DNA of 56,049 bases, the filler included, from Sphacelaria rigidula (Eukaryota), in NCBI GenBank assembly GCA_964200075.2. It is 4 parts of 4 records of this genome, joined end to end, with 100 filler letters (N's around TTAATTAATTAA, not from the genome) between each part and the next. Parts side by side here need not be neighbours in the genome. Positions count along the whole stretch, not along the records: positions 14,042 to 27,979 come from CAXNAA020002569.1; positions 28,080 to 42,014 come from CAXNAA020002570.1; 2 more parts are not named here. One strand, given 5' to 3'. This document shows, one piece after another, positions 25,604-38,500 of this stretch. The notes under the pieces were generated by a model that saw only the letters and a program-made list of their open reading frames with translations, had not been told where the DNA came from and did no database searches. How positions within the stretch are numbered: the first letter of the stretch is position 1; every line of letters starts with the position of its first letter. Both the position numbers and the translations under genes were made by a program.

Positions 25604-25974
25604 CTGCACCCGAAAACGCCAACAAAACCGTTGGTGGTTAGACGAGGATGGACACGACAGCAAAAAGTGCACTTACTCTCCGCTCGTTCTCTTGCTGGTG
25701 CAGTTGCTGACTGGTGCCGACAGTGACTTCTCAAAATACTGTTTTTTGACGAGCTTTTCCGACACGTGTACACCTGTAATAGCGGCATTTTTTTCCTTGC
25801 ACTTCGAGCCCCTCCCCTTCCTCGGGATGAGTCCGAGGTCTCCAGGGATCGGCCCATCTCTCTCCCGGTACGCGCCTTACATTTTGGTCTCGCGGATTGG
25901 GTCATGACCATCAGCACTCCCGCACCGCGTCAACTCACGTCACACAAACCCAGTCGACTACTTTGTTTACTCAC

Positions 25975-27824
25975 GTTCTCACGCTTTCCACGGTGGAAAT
26001 CATACACTACGAAGGAAAAACACCAGTGAATCGGAAATCGAACACCCGTTGTCTCCGCCCTAATGGCGACAGTCGGACCATTACACCACCGGGGCGCAGT
26101 GTGCAACACAAACCACACCCATCATTCTTGCCGAGGGGTGTTCAACACTTGTTCGATGAAGAAATTTCTCGGACGTGTATTATTTCGAACTAACGCTAAG
26201 CCTAAGCCTAACCCCAACCTTAACCCCACCCAAGGCGACGCGTTCTCCGTTGGCAAACCTCAAATCGGCGCTGAAGGCGTCAATTTCGACAAAAGCGCCT
26301 TCTACGCACGATAAAGATCCGAATATCGATGTTTGCACTAAAATCAAGTAGTAAAATTCCGGGAAGGTTCTAATTCACCAGGTGTTGAAACACTACTGTC
26401 CCTGCCTTACTGTGTGTGACACGGTTTGTACCCGCTCTCCCTGCTATCCCTGCCTCACGGCGATCATACTTCCTCTGTGCCATGAGTAAAGGCCTTCATG
26501 ACTGCACGAACCCTCAACGATGTGATATTTCATTTTCGATCCTGTTATTGCATTCGTCGGCATTTTTGAGCTGAAACCAACATTATTTCTACATCGTGGG
26601 TTAAGCCCCCCACCCAGCTGCACGGCCGAGAAATAGTAGGTTGGTCCGAAAACGGTCATTTTACGCTCGTTTTCCCAGGAAAGCATGAGAGACCCGGGAT
26701 CACGAAAACTCGCGAAAACTGGCCCAGAAGATGTGAAGATCGCAAAACCACCACTGATTTCGGACATGCCCGTGATGGTTATTAACCTACGCACGCCCCA
26801 TCCAACATTTTTTTTAATGTAATTGCTGGTGCTCGACGTGAAAACGTCCAAAATCGGTCAACGATGGGGTGTAAATGGATCAAAAAGGGTCAAAATGGGG
26901 GTATATTTTGACATCATTTTAGTGATGAAAACAAGTTTGCTTGTTTTTTTTCATCAGCTTCGTCTGCGTTTTATCTCTCTAATAAACCCAACCATAGGAT
27001 GATCGTCAACGTTGAACTACCCAAAACGATTACATGCGGATAAGGATCTTTACTTCTGGCACAGAGGAAGTATATGCGTACTCGGACCGTGTACAAACAT
27101 GTCAAAGTCACCTGGGCAAGGAGGACAGGCGAAGTTCGACAGCCCGCCTCTAGCGTGTTCACACATGGGGCACACGAACACAACGTCGTTCGAATCGCGG
27201 TAGTTCTTCCTCAGCTCCTGTTACGATTGTCAAAGGTCACAGGAACCACACGCGTCAATACCCGATAGTTGAGGGGGATAAAAGAAGGGAAAGGTTGCGG
27301 TGTATCAACGGATGTTTCCAATTTTTGTTGCAACAAATGATGGGGTCGAATTTTTGCAGTCGGTGTAGAGGGCAATAAACGGGGGTAACGATACGACAGT
27401 GTGTTTTCATTGCACAAAAATCAAAATCAAAATCAAAATCAAACGCAAGAGCAAAAGCAAAGCAAAGCAAAGAGCAAGGACATGAAATAAAACGAAATCC
27501 ACACACCTTTCCATTCACAAAGCTTTGGAGAGCTACTAGGGTACAGCACAGCGAACGACGCCCTCTCGGTTGCATTTTGAGATCGTCGACAACAATCCGC
27601 ACTCCAAAAAAAAAGCATAACACATACACAAGCACACGCACACACCTTCATCTTAACGCAGGCAGGATGGAACCAACGCTGGCACGCGTCGCAGGTTATC
27701 AAAGTCCGGAAGCGGGCCGCCCCGGCGGGCAGTCTGCACAAGCAGTGAAGCTTATCTTCATCTTCCTCTTCCGCTTCGCCCCCATCCCCTGCTTGTCCCT
27801 GTCCGTCGCCGGCCTTGGAGCTCG
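25975..27824 (-). CDS. PHD-finger protein, internal exons (5' end lies beyond the contig edge)
   Basis: Exons 27824-27646 (EEEDEDKLHCLCRLP...LITCDACQRWFHPACVKMK) and 27217-27112 (ELRKNYRDSNDVVFVCPMCEH...) splice in phase 0 to give a complete C4HC3 PHD finger. A probable next exon, 26006-25975 (VYDFHRGKREN), fits phase 1 and ends at a GTGAGT donor. Confidence 0.75.
26160..26305 (+). repeat. Dispersed short element with degenerate (CTAACC)n and a subterminal hairpin (Helentron/HINE-like), copy 1
   Basis: CTAACGCTAAGCCTAAGCCTAACCCCAACCTTAACC followed by CGTTGGCAAACCTCAAATCGGCGCTGAAGGCGTCAATTTCGACAAAA. Homologous to 44420-44577 on another contig. Confidence 0.55.
26469..27070. mobile_element. 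Stowaway-like (Tc1/mariner) MITE in an intron of the PHD gene
   Basis: TA|CTTCCTCTGTGCCAtgAGTAAAG ... CTTTACTtcTGGCACAGAGGAAG|TA. TA target-site duplication at 26467-68 and 27071-72; 602 bp. Confidence 0.85.
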
Positions 27825-27979
27825 CTGAACAACCGCATTTATCGTGTGGCATGTGATCGGGACAGCGTAGACGAATGCATAGAAGGATCGCGAGGATAGG
27901 GGGGGGGTACTCATGATCATGCTTGCCATAGTCGTAAGACCATTGACCTCGCATCCCTACAAAACCGGGACGGAGCACG

Positions 27980-28079
27980 NNNNNNNNNNNNNNNNNNNNN
28001 NNNNNNNNNNNNNNNNNNNNNNNTTAATTAATTAANNNNNNNNNNNNNNNNNNNNNNNNNNNNNNNNNNNNNNNNNNNN
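27980..28079. other. Artificial contig spacer N44-TTAATTAATTAA-N44
   Basis: Same 100-nt spacer. Confidence 0.97.
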
Positions 28080-29410
28080 AAATTTGTGCTGAGACGGCGG
28101 TACGGTCACCATTTCACAAAAAAAGGTCACCACTTGACAGAAAAGGGACAACAGTATACCAAAAAAGGGGAGATATAAATTTTTAGCAAAGGGCAGGGTG
28201 TACCCTCCTGTTTTGCTTACAAAAAAGGGTACTCTCCCAGGCTCTCATTTTCGGCGCGGTAATTTAGCCCAGTAACACTTGTGAAAGTGAAAACAAATGG
28301 TCGGGTATGCTGCCCAGGGACCTTGGGCGTGGGGCTGAGGTGCTGGAACGTGTTTTCGAGGTGTTTGGCCAGCGTGCAGCGCCGCGCCCCAAAGCGAAAA
28401 ATGCGCCACCCTTTTTTGCTCCAAAAGTATAAGGGTCTACCCTTTTTTGCTTCAAAAGCATAAGGGTCTACCCTTTTTTGTATATTGCCCAAGATTTTAA
28501 TCCTCCGGGTTCTCATCCTCAATGAAGAGCACCATCCTCAACATAGATGATCGGCTGTTAAAACGAAATATTGTCGTAGACAGCTCAAGGTGTCACAGCC
28601 TCAAGGTATCAACCCATCTCACACGGTATCGCTGTACTACCTGTACTGTGGCCATGTACCGCCTCCGTTGTTTTTTTCATTATAACTGATATACCGTGGA
28701 CTTTATTCAATCTATTTCGAAAACGTGGTGTGTGAAGTGGTACAGCTATGGCAGGGGAAGAAAGATCTCTGCGGCTCGATCATACCACGGGTACGAGAAG
28801 CATACTGGCTAGGCGAGTTGTATTTATCGAAAAAATCAACAAAGAAACTGCTACCCGACGCTGTGTCAGTAGCGTCAGACAAAGCGCTAATACCACAGAT
28901 AAAAGAAATGAGCAGATCACCTTTTCATCCACAGATGTTTCAGCAGAAGTAGGGGCACTCGTGACAGAAGACGACGAAAGATGCAGCTTCGACAACGATC
29001 CAACAATGGTGGTGCTTTCTCGCCGCAACTGTGCCAACGTGATCTCTTGCTTTGACGAGCAGCATGCTGCGAACATGAGGCGGCACGGCGTGGTTCTGGA
29101 CAAAACCATTGCCGCAGACTTGTGCGAAAAATTGATCCACAGACCTAGAAATACCGCCACCGAGCCTTGCAGCAAGCGTGTCATACAGCGGTGTCGTAAA
29201 CAAGGAACAGCTGTACATGACGCAGATGTGACACGGAGTTCATAAACTATCCCGAAAATATCAAAATCCCTGATTGGAGGCGTCGGCCCAGAGATTGCGC
29301 CGCGTCTTGTAACGGATACACTCGCACCGTGGATATGAAAGCAGTTCACATGTTGCGCGCTGATCCCGGAGAAGCCCTCCGCCGTCCACGCATGTACCAT
29401 GGTTTTCAGA
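28080..29410 (+). pseudogene. Possible degenerate hAT-like transposon: subterminal repeats plus a transposase fragment
   Basis: AAAAAAGGG / CCCTTTTTTG subterminal-type repeats at 28120-28480. ORF 28748-29245 contains VGALVTE...DNDPTMV...VISCF..HAAN, resembling the hAT vxavVTDNaaNM...C.aH.lNL core. Confidence 0.3.
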
Positions 29411-29557
29411 TTACAATCGAAAACGTAGCGGATTGGCTTCCTCAAGTGGTATAGGCATGCATGTACTGATATCACCCGGTCTTTCCCGATGTAACCTGCA
29501 TGTGGAAAAAGCCAGAACCGCGTTACAAATACAAAAAAACTCTAAGCGGTAAGGACG

Positions 29558-32500
29558 ATGTCGAGTGCCAGCACTGCTGAAGAGAGTCGAGGCATGGGAC
29601 AACCGTCTGAAGCCCCATTGCCGGCAGTCGGCGGAGCCGTCTGCGGGGACGTAGAAGGCTCTCCTAGAAAGAGCGGTGGCGACTATCCCAGCAATCCCAA
29701 TGGTGACGCTGACTACGGCGATTATTATTTCGACGAGAAAGGGGAGGACGGCGGTGACGACGGCGGCAGCGACCACGGCGGAGGGTACTTTTCGATGTCA
29801 AGCTTGCCGAGTAGCATGTCCTTCAAGTCCCTACCGTCGTACATGAGGGCAAAGTCGGGCGTGGGGATGGACTCTGATCGGGTGGGTGGTTGGTTGGGTG
29901 GTGAGTTGGTTAGTTTATTCCGTGGAAATTTACTTTCTTCAGTATCTTGCACGTCGCCTCGCGCTTTACGATGTTAGGTTTAGCCTGGGCAGCTGTCTTG
30001 TTGGACGACAAGATTCATTTGCGAATCATGCGCAAATGAAGACAATCCCAGCGTATGCCCCAAGTAGAACATCGCCGACAGCCACTGGCATGTACAGCCG
30101 ATCTACCACCTGAACAGAAATGTTTGCATCTGGCACCATCTACGGGTTGAAGGTCACTCACTACGCTCCGGCGAACTTCCGAACTCTTAGCTCGTTGTGC
30201 GGTGCATATATTGTGCGGTGCATACATCCATCCAGTACATTGGTACATGATCACGAAGTAATGCGAAGGTGTCACGTGCCTTTTTCAAAGCGAACCGCAG
30301 TATTTTCATCGTCGTTGCCCAGCGATTCAGTAACAAAAACGGCACGCTCGGAGGTACGGTATAAAAAAGTGCACTATCGCTGGAAAGCTGAGGATTGCAG
30401 CTATTTGTGACGCTACACCAAATACATGCTGCGCTCATTGCAAATAGAGAGCACCCTCAAAACAGGGCGTCCACGTTTGCGAGTCACTTCAGAACCGAGC
30501 TTTCCGACCAACACGCAGCACCACATCCGTCAGAGGGCCTGACACAAAAAAGAAAGTATATTTTTCAAGTCTTTCGAAAGTCGCAGCTGTCCACGAAATA
30601 TGAACGTTTGGATTCCGCGAAAAATGGCTGTTGTAGCAGCATGCTGAAATTTGAGATAGTTCGACAAAAAAACTCGCGATCACATCTAAATCTACAAATG
30701 GTGAATATGGTGGTATAAAGCCCTTGTCCACGCGGTTCATTCCAGCCATCACATGCTAAAAGAATTACATTATTCAATCTTGGAATATTTCCCTAATCGA
30801 GAATTCGAGAATCTCTTTCGAAAGCGCTTGAAAACCTTGGACAGACAGTTATGGGTCGGAATGAGGGTACTAACGACCAAACTACTAACAAAATAATAAT
30901 AAAAAACGTGGAGGAATAATGAACACGTAATCAGGTGGTCGCATCTCTGCCGAGCAGAACACGAATGCATTTCTGCCGAGCAGAACACGAATAGAACACA
31001 CGCTTCATCCCTTAGTAACTTGATGTAGTATGCAACAGCTGTAGCCCTTTTGATCGCGCGGTTCTCCACACATGAAGCAAGCCGGCTCACGGCACTTCAC
31101 AGCCCCCCGCATACACACAACAGCTACGTCGAGACGTAGCCCCCTTTGCTAACTTCGCCACAGCGGACCGGAAAAGCCCCAAAAGCTGAAAAACATATAT
31201 ATATATATATATATTTGTATATTTGGGTTTGTTGCGGCTTAGTATCACGCGCGTATGCAATAGAGTCACATCTCGACATAGATTGGGCGTGTGGGAAGCG
31301 CACGCAAGAACCGCAGTGCAATCCTCCGCTTCGTCGCCAAGATAGCCGCGTTGAAAGATCGGTACAACAACATACTACAACAAGAGGGGCACAACAACAA
31401 CACGAGCAGCAGTATCCATCGTCCTGTTGTTGTGACGTTGTGTACAGGTGTACAGCAACGTCAGTCACAGGTTTCTTGTTGAACGTAATATGATAATAGT
31501 ACGTTTTGTATGAGCGTGGTCGTCATTTCGAGGTGACGCATGTACTTGTGATTGATACTGATTGGCTCATGTAGGCTTCATTTCTTCCGCAAAAAGTGGT
31601 CGGTGCGCACTTTCCCGAACTGTACTACCAAAGATCGGCCCCCACTCCGCCGTGTAACCTCACGTGGTGAACAAATATACACCATAATAAATATAAACAA
31701 GCCGACGCAAGAGTTTTTTGTGCCTCTTCTCGTGGATTGTTTATACACATCTAGATAACCCCCAACACTAATGTGCGCAATATGTCGTGACATGGATTGC
31801 AATATTGGGTGGTAAACTGTTTGTAAGATCTTTGCGAAAGTTGATACATACGGTATAGATGATGAGATACCAGTCACAACTCGATACCGACGTATGGTAA
31901 GGTATCACAAAGTTGCAAGACGCACCTGGCTCATGCTTGTCGTTCGTTCGTGCTCTACGTTGTCTGATGGGCCTCACGATTGAGCGAGCAACAAGCGTAA
32001 CTTCTTCATATTCGGCGGCAAATTCGATTATTTGGTGAAACACCTCGAGACAGTTCATTCCCTTTCCAATTTTGGTTTTCGGGCCTGTTCTATCTGCCCA
32101 TATGGTTATTCTCGGCACTCGTTTCTCACGTGGGTCTAAGCATGTAAGTGGTGAGCAACAAGCAAAACTTCCTTTACATTCGGCGAAAAACCTAAGTCTT
32201 TCACAATATATATCGTGTGACAATTGACTCCCTTCTCAAGGTTGTTTTTCGGACCTATTCTCCTTGCCCATACAGTTATTTTCGGCACTCGTTCCTTGCG
32301 CGGGTCTCAATCTTCAGCGAGAAAACATACACTTCGTAGCTGTCACCCGCCCGGAGTAATTATTTTTTGAGCACAAGTACAACATAGCAGACCATATACC
32401 ATATTGTCACTCAAGAAGGTGTGTGCCGAAGCTACGTAGAGCACCTGCGGCCGCAGAAGCACATTGCGCACACGCTGCAAGAAGATCTACCAGATTAGAA

Positions 32501-35500
32501 CAACTTGTTCCAACCCTTGTCAGTTGTTCTGGGAGCTAATGACGTCAGCGCCGAGCGTTGTCAGGTGTTCCATCAGTTTGGAAGGTTGCCCAAAGGTTGT
32601 CCGATACCTGCAGTTTCGTACAACATGGCCAACCGTTGTCGGTGTCCGCCACTCTAGAGCGACTTTCCCGAACTTCGTCGAATATCTGTCAATATAGAAC
32701 GACTTTCAGACGAGTTCTCAGGTGCAGAGGCAGAAAAAGCTGCTGCTGCTACACCCTATTCTTATGACAGCCGCGGTTCAGTTCTCAGTCATCTACTTCA
32801 CTTTGATACGAGTGCGAGAGTATAGGATATGGACAAATTTTTCATGAGCACCCTGGTTACATCCGCGAACTTTTCCGATGTCCCGATCCGATTCGACGGG
32901 TGATCATGAGACCACGGGAACGGACGCTCCCCCTCGTGTTCTTACATGAAGAACGTTGCTTCGCACGTTCTGTTCTGTGCGACAAATACACCCCTCGAAA
33001 GTGTTCAAGCTCGAAGTTGGTAGTCTTGTTCAAGGGTTGGACGAACAATGATTCTTATTACAATTACTTGCTTTTTGGTGTTAATGATTCGTATCGTACG
33101 CATCCATCCTTACAGTTACTTGCTTCTAGTGGTTATGATTCGTATCGTACGAATCCATCCTTACAAGTACTTACTTTTACTGGTAATGATTTGTATAGTA
33201 CGAATCCAACCTTGGGGTTTGTTCCCAGCATTACACCGCACCCCAGGTACGCGCACCCAGGCACACGTGAAAGAGTGCAAATATTCCGTAGAGACCTTTT
33301 CGACCCGGTGACAACATTACCCTCCTCTATCGAGAAATCAGGCCTCAGAAAACTTTGATTTGGTGGTTCAAACCAGCGATGATCCGTCCCGCACTCGGTC
33401 TTGTTTCCGGTAACCTCTCACGTGCGCGTGAACAGGTGCACTCCTTTTTGACTAAGTCTGCATCTGATTGCATACTCGGCTGAAAAAAATGCATTTCCCA
33501 AAAAGTGTGCGTACACAACTCTTTGTGGTGGAAGTACCTTGTCACAAAGTAGACGAACATATGTTTATCGCTTTGTAGTAGTTACGAAGACTGAACAGCA
33601 CCAAATGCTGTACTACATCATACGTTCACGAATATTTTGTTCGTTGAAGCACTACATGAAAATATAGTCGTGGCATGCAACACTCACCAATGTGCTCCAT
33701 CCGCTCTTATCTCAGATTCATAGCAGACGTAAGCCCCTGGGACCACCAACATGGGAACTTTCTCTGGAGACACGTTTTTATCGACAAGTCAAGTAATAAA
33801 TGAAGCAACCGACATGGTCTGTCATTGCGGCCACTGGAAAGGCAGCACAGTCTATTATGAGCCACCAGCTGTTGATACGCTACCCACGGCATGCCAGCAT
33901 TTCTATTGTCCAGGTGTGGGGCTGTGAAAACTATTTGCTGGCTCAAGGGAGATCAGGTCACTTATCGCACTAGTAGCACCGATGCTCTTCATAGTGTTGG
34001 TTAGCTCAAGCAGTGAACAAGCAGTGCACAGAACCACCGAACATCTGTTCAACCGTTCGGGGCTTCGAGTTTTGAAGGATGAATGGTACCATTGCTATGA
34101 CTTCTAACAGCGGCTCAGCGCATGCCTGGTTCATGGTTTCACAACAGTTCCGACGGCGGAAGCAGATGATCCTTGAGCTACCGGAGGGAAAATCGGCGAG
34201 GAAATGCCTCCAATCCATAGCCACCAAGTGGGACCTCATGAAAAATGGCCAACTTCTCGGTGCGTGCAGTGAAGCAAGCGCAGGATGTCGACGTCCATCG
34301 GAGTGATTCGTCTCCCCGTTGGCCTGTATGCTGCTATGATTGATTAATCCTACCGCAGAAAGTAATTATCCCATTCATAGTGTTTGATAAATCAAAGTTA
34401 GCTGGGAGCTAGGATCATCATTGGAGGTAGGGCTAGGGTCAAAGTAGAGGCTACGGATGAACGCGCTGGGATATGCTCGTCCACCTGAGATTTATTTTGG
34501 GGGTCAACAATCATGTTGGATACCGAGACCTGTGAGGCGTGGGTAGCATTGCGACCGCCCTACTTTCTCACTTTTTCTCACGGCTCCTGTTCTACTCTGT
34601 TTCGGAGTTGCCAGCATCTGCGCTCTCTTCAAGCGTCACACCCAGTTCTTTTGTTTGTTACAGCCGCCCCGCCCGTCAAACCATCGCCGCTGAACTCTCG
34701 AGCGAAGTTATAAAATCGGTGTGGAATGACGATTACCCCTCGACCGTATCAACCAGTTCTTCGCGAGGATACTGAGAACCCAGGGCTCGCTGGCAGTATT
34801 CTCCGTAGTAACCAATTTCAAACCCTCTAAGACTACTGTTGCAGTCGAGCAACGAAAAACCTTGAACCGTACGACCAACTTTCGAGCAGCTTCTCGTTCC
34901 CACGGCAGTGCCCTCCAGTATCCTGATTTGCGTTCGTACAAAAAAAAGCGGACGCACCCAGGACTGGATGGGTCACCGCTCTGATATTACCGGAACAACA
35001 GAACCAATCGGCACAAATATGTTATCCAAACCCTGTAGCGGTATGAAATCCAAAATCAATCTATGTTTCGACTGCAACCTGATCCGCTATCCCAAAAATA
35101 CGACAGGATTTGATGGCGTATCCCTGGACCCGACCGAGTTCAAGGAACTGTTTCGACGAAATTTCGGTGTTCTACTCGGCGCCAGCGATCTCGGAGCGCT
35201 GGTACTATGGGAACATGACGAAGGATGGTTCACTTTGATCGGGAAAAACGAAAACCGTTTGAACGTTTGCAAGGGCAGGTCAAGTAGAGTATACTCAATT
35301 GCGGGGTATTTTGAAAGACGAACTCGAGGTACTCAAATTGGGGTAGAGTGTTCGGAGTCGTACCCAAAAACAACTGGAAAGCGATCCCTGAAACCCTACC
35401 CCCAATTTGTGTACTTTGAGTACGACTTTCCAAATACCCTGCAATTGAGTATACTCTACTCGACCTACCCTTGAACGTTTGCTCCCAAAATCTTGCCAGA

Positions 35501-38500
35501 TGTGTTATTTTCCAAACTTCAGTGGCTGTAGCGCACGATATCCGTTCCAGTGTTCGATTTATTTATCGCCTGTCCAAGATTTCAGCATGTCGAATATGCA
35601 GTACCCTGCCATATCGTGGACTTCCTGACAAACAGGTCAGCATGTATGACAAGCGGGGAGACGGGCGAGCGGACTCCTTGGAGTTCGTGAAAGATTTCTG
35701 GCAACTGGGCAGAGACGGGAGGATTGCGCTATCGCGAAAAAGGCTCGAACTGACTCGCCAGGTCAAGGTGAGATGCCACAATATGTAGGCTGCATCTCTT
35801 GTGTGCACGGAGAACGGACGGAGGGGGGTGTTGACGTACATCAAGCCAAGATTGGCGCTGAATCCTCGAACTCATTCCACTTCAACGAGCCTAGATGTCT
35901 GTCAATGATACATCGTGCAAAAACGTATGTTGAAGTACAGCGCACGGTAACATTGGGGAACATACCTCCAGATTATGCGGAACAGCGTAACCTTCATTTT
36001 TCCATTGCTTTTAGCGACTTCGTTCTTCCAATGTGGGTGTTGGTTACCATAAACCGCCGACCCGTGTTTGATTAGTTCATCACGACGTCATTTTCCCAAT
36101 TTTGTGTTTCTGACCTGTATCGATACTTGCACAACCGATCATGAAAATGTCCGCCGTAACCGACCTCTGACTATGGAGGAGCTGGAGCAGAGAAACGACT
36201 ATACTACGTGGGCGGTGACCGGCCGATTATGTTCGCTTCGTGCTGACAGGCGCGCCAGGCTCAGGAGATAGCCGCAAGGGCTATTCGAATGTCGGAAATC
36301 AAAGAGGTCGCGCTGGGTCAACATACAGAGCAAGACGTACAGACGGCATTGGAAAAAGTACAAGAGGTGAGAGAAAAAGAAAAGGCACCCCGAGAATCAA
36401 GTAGGTGGGGGCAGCGGTACTGTAAAGAGCAGACACAGCGGTGGGATGTGTTGTGATGGGTCTGAAAGCTCAGTAGCGGCATTTGTCTTTAGGTGTTGTA
36501 TATGTCCGATCGTTCACGTCCACGGTGTGTTCCTGTTGAAGAAGATGCTTAGTTAGACTGTGCGCTCACTTTTCAAAGGAAAACACGCCGAAGTCGGCCT
36601 TGCACCCGCCTAAACGAGGAGTGAGACCTCTCGGAGCAAGTTTGAATCTTCTCTCGTCTACCGTGTGCTCGACCACGTCCGAAAATGTTCTTTGGTTTGC
36701 ACGGAAAACCAGTGCCGCCACGCCCCGGTGGTATATATCACAATAGTACATCTTCAAACCATTCTGTGCTGAGCAGGGGGTGCGATTCCCGACAGGTACT
36801 ATTCTATGTGTGTTATGCAGAGAGGAGTATCTGATTCCCGTAGCTAACAACGTGAGAGCATGAGTAGCAAATGATTGTTTTCGGGACTCGGTGCGGTGCG
36901 GACGTCCTGATCCAACCAGCGATTCCAAAAGTCAGGCACATACCGGGGGAAGGATAGGTTCACCCCTTGCGACGGCGGACAGGTCCCCAGAAAAGGGAGA
37001 GCTTGAAAAGTATCATGACGAAAATAAATATGTATAGAAAGTCAGTGCTCGGCACGTTCCCATAGGAACTACCGATTTGCCGCCTCATCCCGTGCATATC
37101 CTCCGATATAGATATCTGTTCTCTATGAGTGTCTGCGGTCAAGAAACTCCGGCTCCCGGCGGGGTGCCAACCCTGTCCGCAACATGTGGCGGTCTAGGGT
37201 GCCCGTTCACGCCATCCAGCGGTCGAAACCAACGCATGTGGAGTAACCCGATCACGGAGCTACCACAAAATAATGATGGTCGTTTCCGGAAACTCGCTCA
37301 TGCATCGAACGGACAACCAGGTAGCTTCACGTTACGACACGGCTCGAGACAACAGCTTTCACCAGCTGGAGCAGGGAGGAGTCATGGGACCGACCACGTT
37401 TCGAGAGCAGCTGCGGACGATATTCGGGCTCAGGCTCACGCGAGCGGAGCTGGCGGGGCTCGTCGCGACGTACGATCTGCATCGCGAGGGAATGATCGAT
37501 GCCAAGGAGTTCGCTTTCCGGTAGAGGACTTAGGGCTAAATAAGGTTCAGGACCACGATAAATAAGGTTCAGGACCACGACTACAGTTCGGTCACGACAG
37601 TAGTAGTGTTCGGGGGGTGTTTTGCAATTTACCATTTTTCGCTGGGAGTATTCTGGTGGGGTCCAGGGTTTGGGGTAGGGTGTAGAGGGTAGTAGCATGG
37701 TTGGGCTTGGACTGTGATGTGCACAGGTGTCAAAGATACCGCGCTGATAAGGCTCCGAGGTGCTTCGCACCCTGCAAGGGGTACCAAGGAAGGCACCCGA
37801 GCAAGGTTCCACGATACTCTGCACCCTACCAGAGTGTCCTTTTAGGTGCCGTGGGGAAAGGATCTCAGCTCTCTCGCGGCCTGCAAAGGTGCACTCGTGT
37901 GAATGTTTTAGACCCTCTTGAATCCTATTTTTGCGCCATGGTGTTGCGGTTCGCGAGCCGTGACGGGTATACCGTCAACAATGTTCCCGCTCGGTGTTTC
38001 TTTTTAGCGACCGGGTGGGACGATTGGCGAGGTCATTTTTGTCGCAAGTTACCTTTTGTCAAGCTGTCGCCAGGATTGATGCTTTTGATTCGGGCGCACT
38101 AGCCAATGTTTGATGATTTTGATCGAGGTAAGCTCGGGTATTCATTCAAGGAACAACGACTAATACCATTTGGTGCTTGTCTGGAACTAGAGTAACAGAG
38201 TTGCTATAAAAGACAAATTACGAGCTTTGTCTAGTCGACTTTACAGCGGAGTTTTACTCACCTGCTCCTTGGGTCATATGTAGGGTGCAGTATGCATAAA
38301 CTGAAGATTTGGGGTAGGCTTACGGTAACGTCTACAGTTCTAGGTTACCGTTAGAAATATGTGCTCACGCCTAGGGTCACGGGATGGCCCGTTTCCTCCA
38401 AACTTACTAGCCCCGCCTGCGTCTTTTTTCACCCTCGCCTAGCTGCACTGCGTTCAAGTGAATGCACTCGCTGGCGAGGATTTACCAGAAGTCCTTTTTT

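Noticed and set aside
25678-25773. AG...GTAAGT-bounded candidate exon between the PHD and FKBP exons (minus strand)
   Set aside because: Its exit phase does not fit the FKBP exon when entered in phase 0, and it shows no FKBP or PHD-protein similarity.
26190-26228. Telomere
   Set aside because: Short, degenerate and internal; part of a dispersed element.
28780-29475. 231-aa minus-strand ORF
   Set aside because: No recognisable motif; it is antisense to the hAT-like fragment.
30945-30995. Short tandem duplications (26 bp here, 22 bp at ~37540-37580, ~60-bp pair at 32076/32246)
   Set aside because: Ordinary intronic slippage duplications with no further structure.
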